Below, in pieces: positions 48,717 to 59,790 of a stretch of DNA of 64,000 bases. The notes beneath the pieces are model-generated. The model searched no databases, had not been told where the DNA came from, and saw only the letters and a list, made by a program, of their open reading frames with translations. Every line of letters starts with the position of its first letter. Positions within the stretch are counted from its first letter, which is position 1. The DNA is from Dudresnaya verticillata (lineage: Eukaryota). The DNA lies in assembly GCA_977862235.1 (NCBI GenBank), contig OZ374559.1, forward strand, positions 496,001-560,000, in the 5' to 3' direction. Made by a program: the position numbers and the translations under genes.

Positions 48717-51700
48717 GCACGCGGTAAGCTGTTGCGAGCTACCGACACGATCTGATACTGCGAACGAAAGAGGCGAAGGGTGCCTGGAACGTGTATTGTC
48801 TCAGTAGGTCTTGTATGATGATGGAGGCGCGGGGGAGGCAAGTACCGCACCGTAGCGTGCTTTCCACCCAAGGTGGGTTGTTGCAGTGTACGGCATGTCG
48901 GGTGATGCATGCAATGCTGGCCAGGCGAGGACGAGTACAAAGAATAGCATGAAATGCGCGTGGAATTGTTGATTCAAGGGATGCGAAGTGTCCATGCTGA
49001 CATTCACCAAGAGCGACTTAACCCGGGAAGCAGCAGTTGCACAGTCCCGTTGTTCTTCAAACCACGTAACTCTCAGTCCCCAATTTGCACATTGATTGCA
49101 CTCAGTGCCGGTCAGTTGTGGTGGCGTTTGAGGTTGCTGTACGCATGGGTGGCGGCGAGGCTGGCAGGGGTAGGGAGATCTAGGGGCGAGATGCAAGAGG
49201 CTTTTGGGTTGTCGGCGTAATCGTCATGGTTGGCAAGGCCAGAGGGACAGTATCTTGAAAGCTGCACCGTTCCGATAGGAACAAAGATGACAGAGTGCCT
49301 GGCGATGGAGGGATGGATGGAGATGTGTAACCTCTGAAAACCTGCTGTTGAAGCTCCCACGGCCGGATGGAGTTGCTTTTTGCAGTTTGGTATGGTGCTT
49401 CGCTGTGTATTGAGGTTGTTGGGTTGGCTGCACCAATCTTGTGAGGAAGGACTGTGCCTGTTGTAACATAAGGGGCTTACTCTGAATCTCGCGGTTAAAT
49501 GGGTGAGGGCTGTTGTAACATGAATGCCATTTGCGAGAATTTGGATTTGCATCTGATCTCTTTTTTGGCAAGGAGTTGGCATTATGCGCCGCTGGAAATG
49601 GCACGGACGCCGCGCCCGGGTAGGGCTTGAGCAGCTTGTGTGTTGAGTATACATTGCCACACGGCGTGCATCCCGTGCAAGCAACTGCTGTTGTGTTGCT
49701 TTCGATAGGACTGAAGAATGGCACCTCTTTCTGAGGCTCTCCGCCGCCGTTAGCTCTAGACGCACTGCCATCGAGACACGAAACCTATATTGGATTCTCA
49801 TCTTGAGCGCTTTCTACGTTTTTGTAGAGCGATAATGGGTAAAGAGCAGCTACTGCTGACAATGTCTCCGCTTACCAGTCTGCAGTCGGAAGCAGGACCA
49901 CCCTTGCCTGCTGCTCGCTCGGATATGATTAGTACATGTCTGTCGATCTTGCAAGGGTCTCAGTGATGTAACTCTTCAGGTTTCGAGCTTGCATCAGCGA
50001 AGAGAATTTTGTAGAAAAGTCCTGGCGACTACACCAGGACATAAACTATGGTCACAGTTCTATCTGCGTTTGTTACCAGTTCTGCGACGTTGCAATGCTT
50101 TTTGCCTCTCCTGGCAGCAATCGAACGATCTGTGCGCGGCCGTCGACGGGCGCAAGGTGTGTTGGGCTATTTTCGCACAGCATGGTAGCACATGCACGAA
50201 TAATAGGACGCTGACACATAAGCGGGCGTGAAAGCAGTTGGGTACGTCCCGAACAGTACTCGAGGAACGTGGATGCTGCACCAAGGGAAATTGATGAACG
50301 GCGTGGCAGCGCAGCGGGCCGCTGAACGTGTGGACAACTGACCAAAGAGAACTAGGGGCAGTTCCACACGCTACGCTCCGAGCTCTGTTGATCAGTGCTG
50401 GCAGTCACCATCCAAAGCGCCGAGAATCGCCAAAGCGGTTGCTTTTCTAGGGGTAAGATGACACCAATGTGCGAAAGCCAACAGGTTACCCGTGAACACG
50501 ATTACACCGAGACGGTCTACGTCCCGCTCTAAAGGGAAAGCTATGTATCTATCTCCTCTCACCGGACTATACTACCACAACCGAGAAAAGCGATTGCGAT
50601 GCAGATCAAACTCGTTCGCGCTGCTCACACGAAGCGTGTGCGCAGATTCAGTCGATGCAGCAGTTGCCTACGGAGCATTCCACGCATGAACCGTGACGAT
50701 CCAAAAAAAAACCAAAAAAATCGTGAAGGAGATATATTCCGATTCTACGCCTACCGTGTCGACTCTCTTCGCGTTTGTGTCGGGTGATGAGGCGCTGTGC
50801 CAGATGCCTGTCGGCGCGTGTCGGGTTCCCTTTCAGTCCAGAACTGAATGACCTGAACTACTGCTCCCTGCCTTTGATGATTCCAGAAATCAGCGCGAAC
50901 TTTCACACGAACGAACGGGAGCGCGGTCGGTGGGTGTCAGTGGGAGGCACGTTAGACACCTGGACTTGTGAGTTTGTTTGTCGCGATCTGGTACCAGGTT
51001 TCCTGACAAAGCAGAAGCCCCGGATGATGACCCCAGATCTTCGCCTCTCTTGTTATCTTTTCTTGTTCTAGGTTACATGCTTTCATTCTACACGGCAATT
51101 CGCTTTGAACCAACTGCAAGTTTCAAGATACACCTCTCTCGCCCGCACCCAAAGCTGCCAGCGTGTCATGCCAAGCCCGGTTGTTAAAAGATCCTATAGC
51201 AATGGTATCCAATTGCCCTAAAAAACTGTTCACCATATGCGGACGGAAACTTCGTCCACGTCGCAACTGCCGAAACTTAGCAAACCGATAGATGATAGAT
51301 GGGGCATGCCCGACGCATCCCTGCCCTTCAAGGCCCGCGCTAGAGCATTAAAGCTCTCAAATTCCGGTTTGTGTCTTGTGACAGCAGCGGACGATGTTGT
51401 CTTTGTTGGACCTTTCCCGCAAGGCTTGCAAAGCTCTCCATGCCTTTCACTCGGCTCTGCTGTACTGCTCTCCACCCTTGTACCCCATAGTTTCCTTCAA
51501 CTTCCGCAGCTTGTTCCGTCGGTATATATCCTATCATGCTATTCGTTACACAGGCAGGCTTGAGCAATGCCCCAAAGTCATGTAATGCATGTAATGTAAT
51601 GTAATGAGCACAGCTTTTCCTCATCGCGCAATCCAGACAGTAGAGAATTTTCGCTACAGTATAGAGAAGTTCGTAAAGTATGATAGTTTGATCGGGGCGC

Positions 51701-51839
51701 CGCGACGTCCGGGTAGCCGCAAAACGTCTCGAAATTTCAGTTTACGCACGTATACCGACCTTGCAGTACGAGGCCACACCACCCACAACAGCTTGACAGT
51801 TACCACCTCCACACAGTGCCTCATCCGACACAAGGCAGA

Positions 51840-52158
51840 CGGACTACTCCATTGGAAAGGCTAGAGAACGCTTTCGTCATGTACGGGTTGTCTTTGCACT
51901 AGCAACACGGGAACCGATTGCAGCTCTCAAGCTTCGTACGCTTCGACGCCTGCGCTTTGCCCCACCTGGTGTCCTTCTACTGCACCACCATGCTTTCTCG
52001 ATTTCTGCATACGCATTCAACATCAACGCCTATAGCGACGAGTCCTGTTTGCGGCACTATCGTTATCGACGGGCTGAGTTGCCCTTAGTTCTAAACCTTT
52101 ATAGTTGGAAATGCGACCGTACTTTGCGAAATTGATACTGGTGCCTGCCCATGACGAC
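51840..52158 (+). pseudogene. N-terminal fragment of a PIF/Harbinger-type transposase
   Basis: Manual translation ...AFNINAYSDESCLRHYRYRRAELPLVLNLYSWKCDRTLRN*YWCLPMT resembles the 'F.l..ysDeeCl..FRF....l......w...T.rnrY.c.p' N-terminus of Harbinger transposases. In-frame TGA at 52133-52135; truncated afterwards. Recognition from memory, no search run. Confidence 0.6.
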
Positions 52159-52197
52159 GCGCGGCTGTGTCAACAGCGCGAAGGAACGCTGTGCCCA

Positions 52198-53395
52198 TCA
52201 CCATCGAGAAACCGAACCGTTTTTGGCAGCTGAGGTCGTTATTCCGGTTGGAGCGGAACCATGTCCCAAAGGAACACTACTGGGTGATGGTGAGGGAGCT
52301 GACGGTGGTGTGTTGTAATTAGGGTCGACATCATTTCTGCAAGCAATGAGTTGAGGGAGCGAAGAGCGCTCTGTGTAGCAACCTGGCTGCATTGTCAAAG
52401 TGTGAAAAATGAAGCTCAGAATCGAGCTACTGATTTTGCTGCGCACTCTATCCGCTTCGTCTGTTTGAGTACTGTGGCATGTCAGATTCATGTTGATCTT
52501 TGTCAATGATTGCCTTCAATTCAGGCCACGGACGTGACGTAGCGGTGGGCGCATTTACATGCAACATGGCACACAAGACTTGTCCGGTTACGTTGACATC
52601 TGTGGGAGGATGATGTGAAGCAAAAATCTGGAAGGGTAAGTAGCTATGAAAATCAACATCCTTGATGGATATCCAGTGATTATTGCGGTCAGGCAAAACT
52701 AATGCATTCTTCCCAATGTGTTCGATATGGAAATGCCTTGTAACATTCTTCCCAATGGCCCATTGAAACGTCCCTATCCCATTGAGAGGAGCCTTCAATG
52801 ATCAACTGTCGAATCTGAACGTCTTGCTTTTGGTCACTTACTGCCGTTAGTAGCACTGAGCCAATAATTTTCCTGGACTCACTGGCATGTTCTCCTTTAC
52901 CATGCTGCCAGTAGGGGCAATCAGAAACGGCATCGGGTACGGGTATCAAACACCCCATTCCAGGCGGGCAGGATAAATGGTGCTAATGACTTCAGCTCAT
53001 GTTCATCCGTACCAGAATAGGGCGCACCGTCATCCAGTAGAGGTCCAGTTAATGAGGCTTTGTCACTGGATGGTCCGTGAACGTGCACCATATTTGAAAC
53101 ACTAGAGATACTGGCTGGGGCGGCTAGCGGATCTAACGGCGGTAGAACAGTAGAACTATTAGAACTTTTTGTTGATCGGTCCCCCCCGGGTTGATGTTGT
53201 TCAGACACTGAGCAACGACCCCCTTTTTATACCTATCGATAGTAGCTCTAGATTCTTCCAAAGCTTCTAGAAACATCTACAATGCTCAACATCTAGAAAC
53301 TGCTAAACTACATAAAACTTACAAATATAGACTAGAAAGATCTAGACAGGAATAGTGTAGAACGTTCTAGTACATCCAGAAGCATCTTCGTTACA
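52198..53395 (-). mobile_element. Deleted/frameshifted LTR retrotransposon remnant (probably Ty1/copia): LTR-like segment joined to protease/pre-integrase region
   Basis: Overlapping - strand ORF pieces join into LLDDGAPYS (aspartyl-protease-like) ...WNGVFD/PVPDAVSDCPYWQHGKGEHASESRKIIGSVLL...IIEGSSQW/AIGKNVTR...SRPWPELKAIIDK. Upstream is a segment starting TGTAAC (53395) with many TCTAGA-like motifs and TATAAAAA (53231-53224). Confidence 0.6.
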
Positions 53396-53727
53396 ATATT
53401 GAAATGCAGTTCTTACGGGTTCCTCGTTCTGCGCCACTCTTATTGACGGGTCCACCTGAATCATTTTCTGGTGGATGGTGCAGCCCATCTGATCCGTGGT
53501 CTTGTTCCCAGTGCCCAACTTGAAAATTACGGCAACGTGACTTCGCGTTCAGATCAGCGAATTATTCAGGCGACAAACACTTTTTAACACCATAAGATGT
53601 CTGACGGATAGAACGAGCCTGTACCATATGCTTCGAATATTCATCATTCTCATCCGACCCTTTTGGTTTGTCACACTGCCGAATAACGCCAGCTACCTCA
53701 TTGTATGAAATACTTCTAGAAACATAC

Positions 53728-56700
53728 CCCTAATGCCGTTATCGATCGGTATAGTGATCGAAGCCTATTTTGGATTTTGGCCGTTACACCCCTTCTGATC
53801 GCTATACTTTTCAGTAGGGGCAGAACATGGTGCTTTGAGGCGCATTTTCGGCCTTAAAAATTACTTAAATTCCATTGGTGCGATCTCCAGAAGAATCTCC
53901 TCCCTCTCGCGAGCCGATCAAGCCTTCAACACCCAAAATTCCATAGGTACTTTCGGAGCTGCGCCCCCGCGTGTGAGACACCCCCTCCTTCCCTTTTGCA
54001 ACCCTGTTGCTGCTCACACTGCCGTTTCGTCGCTACGTGACCCACCGTGGAGGCCTCCTGTCGTACCTTGAGGGCGTTGCAAGGTGCGGAGCTACCGCGA
54101 ATGGCTACTGTCGAAGCACCGGAGGCTCCGCCGGTTAATGGCGGCACCCCCAATCTGGGAGGGAATTTCGGTCCTTCATCAACCGATTGTGCGATCCCGC
54201 CCAAGTGGCGTCTTCGACGAGTCGGATGGGAAGAAGGGTCTCGGGAGAGGGCGACGAGCATCATTAAGGGCAAGACTGCGAGGTCTAGGACGTCGGAGAG
54301 GACAAGTGGCGGGTCAAGGCGGGCTAGTCGCGAAGACCCCACTCATGGAAGGAATTTGAGCACTACGAAAGCTGTTTCTCTGCGTTTGGGGCAATCTTTT
54401 GCAGACTACGTCCTTCAAAAACGAGCAAGGCTTCTATCTAGAACGGCAGTTGACGAAATGAAGCTTGGATGCTCTGTGCGAGACATTGCACCTACCCGAA
54501 GCGGTTTCGTTGTTCTATTCATGAACCGGATTCTACAGCACTTGAAAGAGTGGATAAATGAGCCCATCCGGCTTCGAGAGCTCGACGCGGATGTGGTAAA
54601 GCTTTCAGACATGTACCGCTATGTTTCTGTGCTGTTTCTCTCGCACACTACTGGGTTTAGCTTTGTAAAGACTATAGCTGTTCTGTGACAGTCGGAAAGC
54701 TCAACACCTTCTCTGGAAAGGATCCGTTTCCTCGCAGACAACATTGTGGCATTTTCGGCAACTGGACGTGGCCGTGAAGGTCAAATGGAGTGGAATTCCC
54801 AACGCGATTTGACATGTCAACTGGGTTAGTTTGAACAACTCTCATTTCGTGATACTAAGAATGTTTTATTCGTTCCACTTTATCTTTTGGCTACTTTGGA
54901 TGATGACCTCTACGGGACAAGGGCCTTGGACAATCAGGTCAAGATTCTGAGTGCGCGAAAAGCAGATAAGGAGGATCATTCTGCTGATGCCATTGCCGAT
55001 GCTCTATTCAGGGTTGTGCTTGCGCTTCGCTTCAGGAGGCGCGGGGAATCGCAAGTCGAATCGGTGAGGAAACTTTTGGAAGTGCTGACGGATGGAAGGG
55101 GTGCGGAGGCGACGATTACATGCATTATCACCGCGGACAGAGGGTATGGAAAGCGGCTGTTCATGGATCTGATTACCGAGTTTGGTTTCAGTTCCGTATT
55201 CGTAATGCCTGACCATCTTCTGCATGTCCATCCTTTTGTGGCTTCTTCATACCTGCGTCCTGGGAGAGGTGATTTCGAGGAAGAATCTTACAGCTTGCGT
55301 GCAGGAGAGTAACAGTCGGAATGAGACAGAGCAAACGAGTGCTTCCCGTGAGAATGCACCGGACGGTGACAGCAGTGACTCCCTTGATGCTAATGACAGC
55401 ATTTCAAACTTGTAGCTGGACCGTCGACGCGCTTTTGTTATCGACGACAACCCTCAACTTGGACCCGATGTTTCTTTGCAACGAAGAACGACGCTGCGCA
55501 GTCAGCGTCATTGGTAGGTCAGGAGAAGACTACTGCCGTCGCTGTTCGTGAACATGGGACTGCGAAGTTCGCGAAACTGCTTCGGTTCATGTTTACCTAC
55601 CTGCGCCTATGCAGGCAAGCTTGAATACTTGGATAGCTGTCCCGAAACCTAACTACCGATTTAATAAGGTTCTCTACACGAGGTGTAACATTGAGGGTGA
55701 GCAGGTCGCTCCACTAAAGGACACTGTGGAGTACAGAATCAGCAGAAATTGTCTTCCGCTAACTGTCGGACAACGATGCGCGGACTGGTTCGTGCTCCGC
55801 CAGTTCAGAATTACCGGCACAAACGCTGGATTTCTAATGCTTAGCAGTGGATATTTACGGTCTTCGTTAGGGCTCTCGGGGGAGCCACAAGAGAAGACAT
55901 TAGAAGAATGGTTCAAAATTCTGTACAGCGGATGGTTCTCGAGCAAGCGATCTACGGGAGCCATGATGCGTGGAACTGCGAACGAATACGCAGTCCTGGT
56001 CGGTTTGCGTGCACTACCGTTCATAGCAGAGGTCTTTGAGGCAGGACTCTTATGCAACCGAAATGCCCAGTAGCTCGCTTGTTCGCCAGATGGCATCGCG
56101 GTGCTCAAGAAGGCTTCTTTGCCTATTCTGACGTCCTTCACTGATGATGATCCTAATGCCCAAAACAATGAAGACGTTTTAGTGCTCGCACCTGTCAAAA
56201 TCAAGACAAGAGTAGCGGCCTCAACGCTGGGTCAAAGCATCCAATTATCTACTTCAGGACCAGTGTTATGTGAAGTTGGAGACGAAACGTTTAAGAGGTA
56301 CATACCCAGCTCACATGCGGCACAGATTATGCATCAGGTACTGGTACTGCGACTGGGCTATGCGGTTTACGTTGCCGCGGCTGAGACGGGTATTCTATAC
56401 ACAGTTGTGGTGAGCTTTCCTTATTCCGTTATGCAAAACTGTTTTGACACGATGAACACTCTTTCCATACCCCTTGTAAAATGAGCACACGAAAACGCTT
56501 CAGAGATTCCTGCATTCGTCCCCAGGACGTATCATCAGTCTATCATAACTCATCTTAAGTTTTGGAATCTGGTTTGTTCTCACGTGCTAGAGGAGTGCAC
56601 GTTCCTCCCTCTAAAGCTTTTTAAGCATGCAGCACAGTCGTTCTACTCGAAGAAAAAAGCGAGCGTGGATGGAGCAACACAGAAAAGGGCCATTTCGCGA

Positions 56701-57807
56701 AGCTCAACTTCCCACTTCAAGTGGGAACAGAAAATAGTGTCTCAGACACTAAAAACGGTAGCCATCAATGCATTCTTTGCATGGCGCATGTTTGAGAGGC
56801 AAGATTTGCTCGATTCTGCTGACACATTCAAGACTCTCGGCAAATATCGAAACATGCTGAACAAAGTGCAAGCGACGGCCGATTTTATGTACGATGTCTC
56901 AAAGGAATTGTTGTCCCATGCTGAGACGCTTGCGATAAGGGATGGCCGACAAGAAGCTGCGGAGAGGGAGCCATTGCCGCTTCGCGAGGCAGAGAGGCTG
57001 AAAGAGATGGCAAAGGCACGCAAACGAAAGCGCTTGCATTTTTCAATAGTGCAGATGGCGTAAAGCTCCGCCAAGTGGTTCCGGGATATACGCCAATGCA
57101 AGGACAGATTTTGTACTGTGTGATGTGTGGGCAGAATGAGGGTCCCTGGAGGGGACATCGTTCCTCCTATGGATGCCCGGTGTGCAGCGTGCAGCTCTGT
57201 ATTCGGACGTATCCCGGCTTGCGCAAGAGCTGTTGGAGTCTTGGCACAGCAACACGGTTTTAAAGCACAGACAAACGCCACGAATCACGGGAAATTCTCC
57301 AGTTGCTGACCATAATGAAGACGGGAGAGATGCGGGGACTGGCAAGCAGGTGGTGAGCACTCCCGAAAGTACACCAGCGCGAAGTCCGGAAACCCCACGA
57401 AGAGCCTCTAAGCGGCTTTTGTCGAGAAGCACTCCAGCGACACCGCAGGATCGAGTAGGCCCTACCCAGCAACCTCAACGAAAGCAGAGTAGAAGGTAAA
57501 GGCGTGTCTATCGTGAAGTTGCGTTTCAATTCTCATGATTGGCGTCCCCGGTTTAGTCACTGCATCGATCCCTATACTGATCAAAACCCATTTTTTACAC
57601 ATTCCAAAACGTGCCCAGTGACCCAAGTTCCTAGGCTTGTTGTGCGACTCCTATTGCATCTCTGCTGGTGAAATTCTGTAAGGAGGACGGGACAAGCATG
57701 GTCTATGCCAATGTGTGATCAGAATTGGCAAGTCTCCTGATGCGCCGAACTAGGGCTTTCTCCAGTAAACGGATCACTATACCGATCGATAAATAATGGC
57801 ATTAGGG
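53728..57807 (+). mobile_element. Full-length but decayed piggyBac-like DNA transposon (4080 bp) with terminal inverted repeats
   Basis: Left end CCCTAATGCCGTTATCGATCGGTATAGTGATC (53728-53759). Right end reverse complement CCCTAATGCCATTATTTATCGATCGGTATAGTGATC (57772-57807). Flanks are ATAC and ATAT. Contains a transposase pseudogene. Confidence 0.85.
54101..57263 (+). pseudogene. piggyBac-like DDD transposase pseudogene with inserted YqaJ/lambda-exonuclease-like domain and C-terminal Cys-rich domain
   Basis: Colinear ORF pieces broken by stops (e.g. 54686, 56071, 56482) and frameshifts: ATLDDDLYG, ITADRGY, QRCADWFVLRQFRITGT, AMMRGTANE, LACSPDGI, VKIKT, HAAQIMHQ, KASVDGATQ, HFKWEQK, YCVMC...SSYGCPVCSVQLC...C. 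Confidence 0.8.
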
Positions 57808-57836
57808 ATATAGGTTGTATCTGTCGGACTGTAGTC

Positions 57837-58770
57837 GTGTTGTCAAACATAAGGGTGGACATTTTTGAAGGGAGCTCGGTTGCAAATTATCCCACGCCAC
57901 TGGCGCTCCGTGCCGTCCTAGACGGATACCTACCGTCTTTGACGATTTGACCGCCTTTGGCGACTGGGATCGAACTCGAGGCGCAAACCCGCTCATGATC
58001 CCTGTTTCCACCGATGGCGCTAGTCATTCGACTTTGTCGGACAGCTTGGTCAAGAACCAGACCTCCCGCTCATGGCGGATAGTGACGGCAATGCCGGTTT
58101 GAGAGAACTCGTGGGGTGTAGTTACTGGGGCACGCTGCCGCGCCCCGTGGCATACTTGCACACGTGGCACGTGTCGCAGGGCAGTGGAGGACAATAGGAC
58201 CAAGAGGCTGGAAGCGCGGTGCGTGGACACGTGTAGGTGTAAGCATTAGCGCGGCGCGCGCGGTGGCGTGGGCAAATATGTCAGGCGCGGCTGCATTTCG
58301 ACGGTGCTTGTCAGACACACGACGGAACGACACGTGTCCTGAGTTCCCGCGCGGGGTGCAGTGCCACCGCCGTCGCCCACGAAGCAGTAGTAGTACTTAG
58401 GTAACCCGTCTAGGACGTCACAGTAAACCCCGGCGAGCCGTTCTTGGTGGCTGAATGCCCCTTCCCGCTAGCGCGTGCGTCGTCACCGCTGCCGTTAGCC
58501 AAAGCGTCGGTACCTCCGTCCCTCCACGTTCAACGCCGTCGTTGACGTGTTTCCATTTCCGTCTTGTTTCGTTTCTTTGGTTCCGACCTACCTGCCGCCC
58601 AGGGCATTTACAGTCCGCCTTGTGGCGTTGTCCATGCTCTACCACCCCTACCGTCTCGGACGTGCTACCCGCCGGGTCTCGAACTGCCCGGGGTTGCTTT
58701 TCCGTCCTAGACGTTTTGCACAACAGGAGCTTCACATAAACTTGCAAGTGTTGTGAAACATAAGGGTGGA
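57837..58770. repeat. 23-bp direct repeats bounding a ~890 bp GC-rich segment
   Basis: GTGTTGTCAAACATAAGGGTGGA (57837-57859) and GTGTTGTGAAACATAAGGGTGGA (58748-58770), 1 mismatch. Confidence 0.75.
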
Positions 58771-59271
58771 GATGAAGTATCCCCTAAAGATGTAACGAGG
58801 GCAGAGTCCTGGAAAACGCAAAGTGCGCACAAGCGCGTGTGGGGTCCTACTAGATGACGTTGTTTACTTAGTTGTTCTTGATCCCTCCAGGTTTGTTCTC
58901 CCTACGTGTTGGAGCGCTAAAATACACACCATTCGACTTCCAATGCTCTGAAACCAGCTCTACAGGTTATCGCACTATCTCTCGTTCACAAACTACTTTC
59001 TCTTCAATTCAAGTAAACTACAGGGTGACAATGTAGAACCAGACAATACAATTGCAGGTTTCGGTGAGTTCTGAGGTCCGTAGTTTGCCACATCCAGTCT
59101 CAGGCGCAGTCATAGCTGCTGACAACTTTCCACGCCCAGCCACATCCATTCAAAGCGGCAGATATCCTTGATGAGAGCTGAACAGGTCCCCACGCCTGCC
59201 ACCGCAGTAAAATTGAAGTACTTGCGGAGGTTGACGCATGACATGTCGAACGTGTAAGCCTCCCGGAGATT

Positions 59272-59790
59272 TCAACAAGTCGTGTCTCGAGTTGCAGCAA
59301 TAGCGAGAACGGAAACACGCTGGCTGACATCCACATTGGAATTTGCAAGCAGCATAAATGTGACCAGGGCGGTTGGGAGCTGCGAAGAGGAAGATACAGC
59401 ATTAAACCTGGACACTTGTGCCTCTGTGAAGAAATTTGGATTCAAAGTTCTTGAATCGTCTGTGGTTCCGCGCTTAGGGTTAAGGACTTGAAGAAAAACT
59501 TGATCAAGATCGCTGGTCACAGCAAGGGGATCACGCTTGTAAACAATATTAACAATTTCTTGTACGCCAGACGCTGACTCATTTACTTCGTTAGGTATCT
59601 TCTTAGACAGATCCATTTCACGTCACGTATATAGGTCCCAGTTATCAACTGGGACTGTACCATAATTCCGTGCAACTCAGGAGGGATTTTGTTGCTGTTG
59701 GTATCCGGTAATCGAACATGAAATGGTTAATAGAGCCAGACAGGACCTTTGTAAGGTTCTTGGTCACCTTTACCGTCGGTCGACAGCACG
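59272..59790 (-). mobile_element. LTR retrotransposon gag remnant (degenerate)
   Basis: Track ORF 59272..59616 plus upstream broken frame read LPDTNSNKIPPELHGIMVQSQL...DLSKKIP...IVNIVYKRDPLAVTSD...KRG...AQVSRFNA...MLLANSNVDVSQRVSVLA. This resembles gag of copia-like elements I associate with red algae (from memory, not searched). Confidence 0.5.

Noticed and set aside
49112..49801. 229-aa and 166-aa - strand ORFs upstream of the CxxC gene
   Set aside because: Low-information composition, mutually overlapping, no domain-like pattern.
50353..50790. TAG-GGGCAGTTCCACAC as a Harbinger TIR with an adjacent ORF fragment
   Set aside because: No matching inverted copy was found in the window and the translation is not diagnostic.
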